NCBI GenBank assembly: GCA_965649825.1
Contig: OZ287696.1
Span: 1,832,081-1,896,080 of the forward strand
From: Penicillus capitatus
Lineage: Eukaryota; Plantae; Chlorophyta
Direction of reading: 5' to 3'
DNA length: 64,000 nucleotides
Shown here: in pieces, positions 61,994-64,000 of the stretch
How the letters are laid out: each line of letters opens with the position of its first letter
Position numbering within the stretch: position 1 is the stretch's first letter
Program-made: the position numbers and the translations under genes
The notes under the pieces: generated by a model
Told to the model about the DNA's origin: nothing
Database searches by the model: none
Seen by the model: only the letters and a program-made list of their open reading frames with translations

Positions 61994-64000
61994 TCGTTTT
62001 TCTTACAATGGGAACGGTCATCACAGAATCAGTCCCAAGTACTCACACAAATGTCATGTAGGCTTCTTGATCTCCATGATTTCGATATCGAACACAAGTG
62101 TGGCAGTTCTTGAGCGACGCCCATATCAAAAAGATCGAAACATACAAGAGAGACAATCTCGAGGCGGGTAATGATATTAGAAGTCATCAGGCGGTGTGAC
62201 AACGTCGTCATTCGAACGTGAACCCGTCTTGGAAAGTGCATGACTCTGTTGCAAGAGGCTTCTTTTGGCGTCATGAGACGGATAAGCACTTACTGAGCCA
62301 TCACTGGATGCAATTTCCGTTTCACACGCGTCTGTATCTTCTGCAACACTCGATATGTCCACACTAGAATCTTCGATCTCCGCATCAGATGCGTCGTCGT
62401 GATGAACAAGCCGTCCGACGACTTTGCGCCCGTCGATGAACGTCACTCCGTCGTCGTCATCTCTCGACAGAATCTCGATATTAAGCCCTGAAAGGATTCT
62501 CTGTGACAGGTGAACATCGATTCCACACGATGCACTTCTCTCCTTTGTGCATTCATTGTCCGAAGAGGTGTCAGACGAATCGATGCCACTCTGTTCGCCC
62601 TTTGAGAATGCACCGTCTTCTTTTCTAATGCGTACAGCAGATGGTCGGTGAGAACAAGCGACGACATTGGAATGTATATGCCCACTTCCATTGCTTCTGT
62701 AATCTCTTCATCTCCCTATCCTCGCGATGCTTTTTCGCCATCTCGATGTTGCGATGCTTCGCGAGGCGACACTCCAAGTGGTTCACGTTCCTAAACTGTT
62801 CAACGTAGCGTTTGTAACTAAGTGCACGACGCTGCAGTTTTCATCAAGGCGGAGGCCACTGTGGAAGTACAGAGTATGGAATTCAGACTGAAGCGCTTCG
62901 TATTCATCCATGTACGACGGCCGTATCGTGTTCAACGAGATAAGGCGTTTCTCGCTGCGTCTCAGTTCGGCTCTTTTGAAATCGACAGCCTCTTCGATTT
63001 TCTGTTTTGCGGCAGAGACTTCATCTAGTCGCCCGGATTTCGCCCTAATGCACACAGCCGCATAAATTCAACGCGCATTCGAAGGCACGGCTCACCTCAG
63101 ATCACTGTCCATTCTCGAGGAGAGGGTGTCAATGGCAGCGACGAAGTCCTCGGAGTCGACAGCAACCGAAATCGCTTTTCGACGTGCGCTGTCATTTCCT
63201 GATTTTTCGCATTCGAGTGCCTTCTGCAGAGCAAACGTTGTGCGGCCAAGGTTCTCGATCAGTTCCTGGATACGCCTCCTGTCTTGTCGTACAAGCGTCC
63301 AATCCACGTCTTCCGAACGCATCCCATCACCTGTCTACAGCAGCAACAGCTTACGAGCATCTTGAGAGATGCCGGGCAAAACCGAGCGGCCTCCGGCATG
63401 TCGCGAGGCATGCAACAGAGTGGCCACCTTCAGCAACTCTCCGATGGCATCGCCTTCCGCCGCGTAGAGGCGCTTGAGATCCAGCTTCAGATGAAACTCT
63501 GTGTACAGGAGCGATCCTGCATGCGTCAGAAAGTCGACCCTTTCCGTCTCTGTGCCAATCTCTTCAGGCAGGTCGATGTCTGGATGACAACTAAGAAGGC
63601 GGCCATGCTCTTCAGTGCGTTTGCAAAGTTATCTGTGACAGTCTGTACCGTTTGACCAACCACGGTAAGATATCGGCCATGAGCTCAAAATGCGGCTTGG
63701 TGAAACTCGAAATGGACATCGGTCTCTTGTAACCGAGCGCGTGCAAAATATCGATCAGTCCTGCGCGAGCAGCAACTGAACATGAGGCAGCAAACAGAAC
63801 GCTATCCACTTCGCATTTCCGAAATCGAAGTGGCGTGCATCGCGATTCAGTCAACGAAAGACGGACGGCGGCAGATGTGGTCGACGTCAAAGTGTACAAA
63901 AGGCATCGTTGTACGACAAACATGTCGAGAAGGACGCACACTCTGGAAGGCGAAGGGGCGAGTTCATTTGTGCGACCTTGTCGGGCTTTTTATCGCGAAT
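61492..64000 (-). repeat. Inverted duplication block X, right arm (runs off the window, includes the RBL10 3' end)
   Basis: Reverse complement of 43446-45955. Confidence 0.95.
62177..63840 (-). CDS. IFT38: IFT38 / CLUAP1, copy 2
   Basis: Same exon structure, frame open; N>T, L>P, V>D, E>D and F>I changes in the 5' half, near-identical 3' half. Confidence 0.85.

Overview
Gene-dense, intron-rich eukaryotic nuclear DNA (about 50% GC, introns mostly 45-60 nt). It is most likely a chlorophyte green alga with a flagellated stage; this is inferred from CYP97A, an FtsHi-type ATPase, a NAB1-like protein, RBL10 and IFT38. No rRNA, tRNA or CRISPR array was seen. The first ~33 kb holds ordinary single-copy genes plus two tandem families: cold-shock-domain RNA-binding proteins and three secreted alpha-carbonic anhydrases. 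The last ~30 kb is rearranged by nested inverted segmental duplications. These carry two IFT38/CLUAP1 copies, a copia-type solo LTR with 5-bp TSD, an orphan LINE gag-like ORF, and two housekeeping genes with single disabling lesions (VPS37, MTP). They also carry three copies of a 4-exon gene for a ~112-aa secreted Cys protein with PAN/apple-like spacing, which the ORF track misses. Its mature domain is only 34-42% identical between copies, while introns, signal peptide and flanks are about 83-98% identical, the pattern expected of a recognition molecule under diversifying selection. All gene models were hand-spliced; products come from motif recognition, not database searches.
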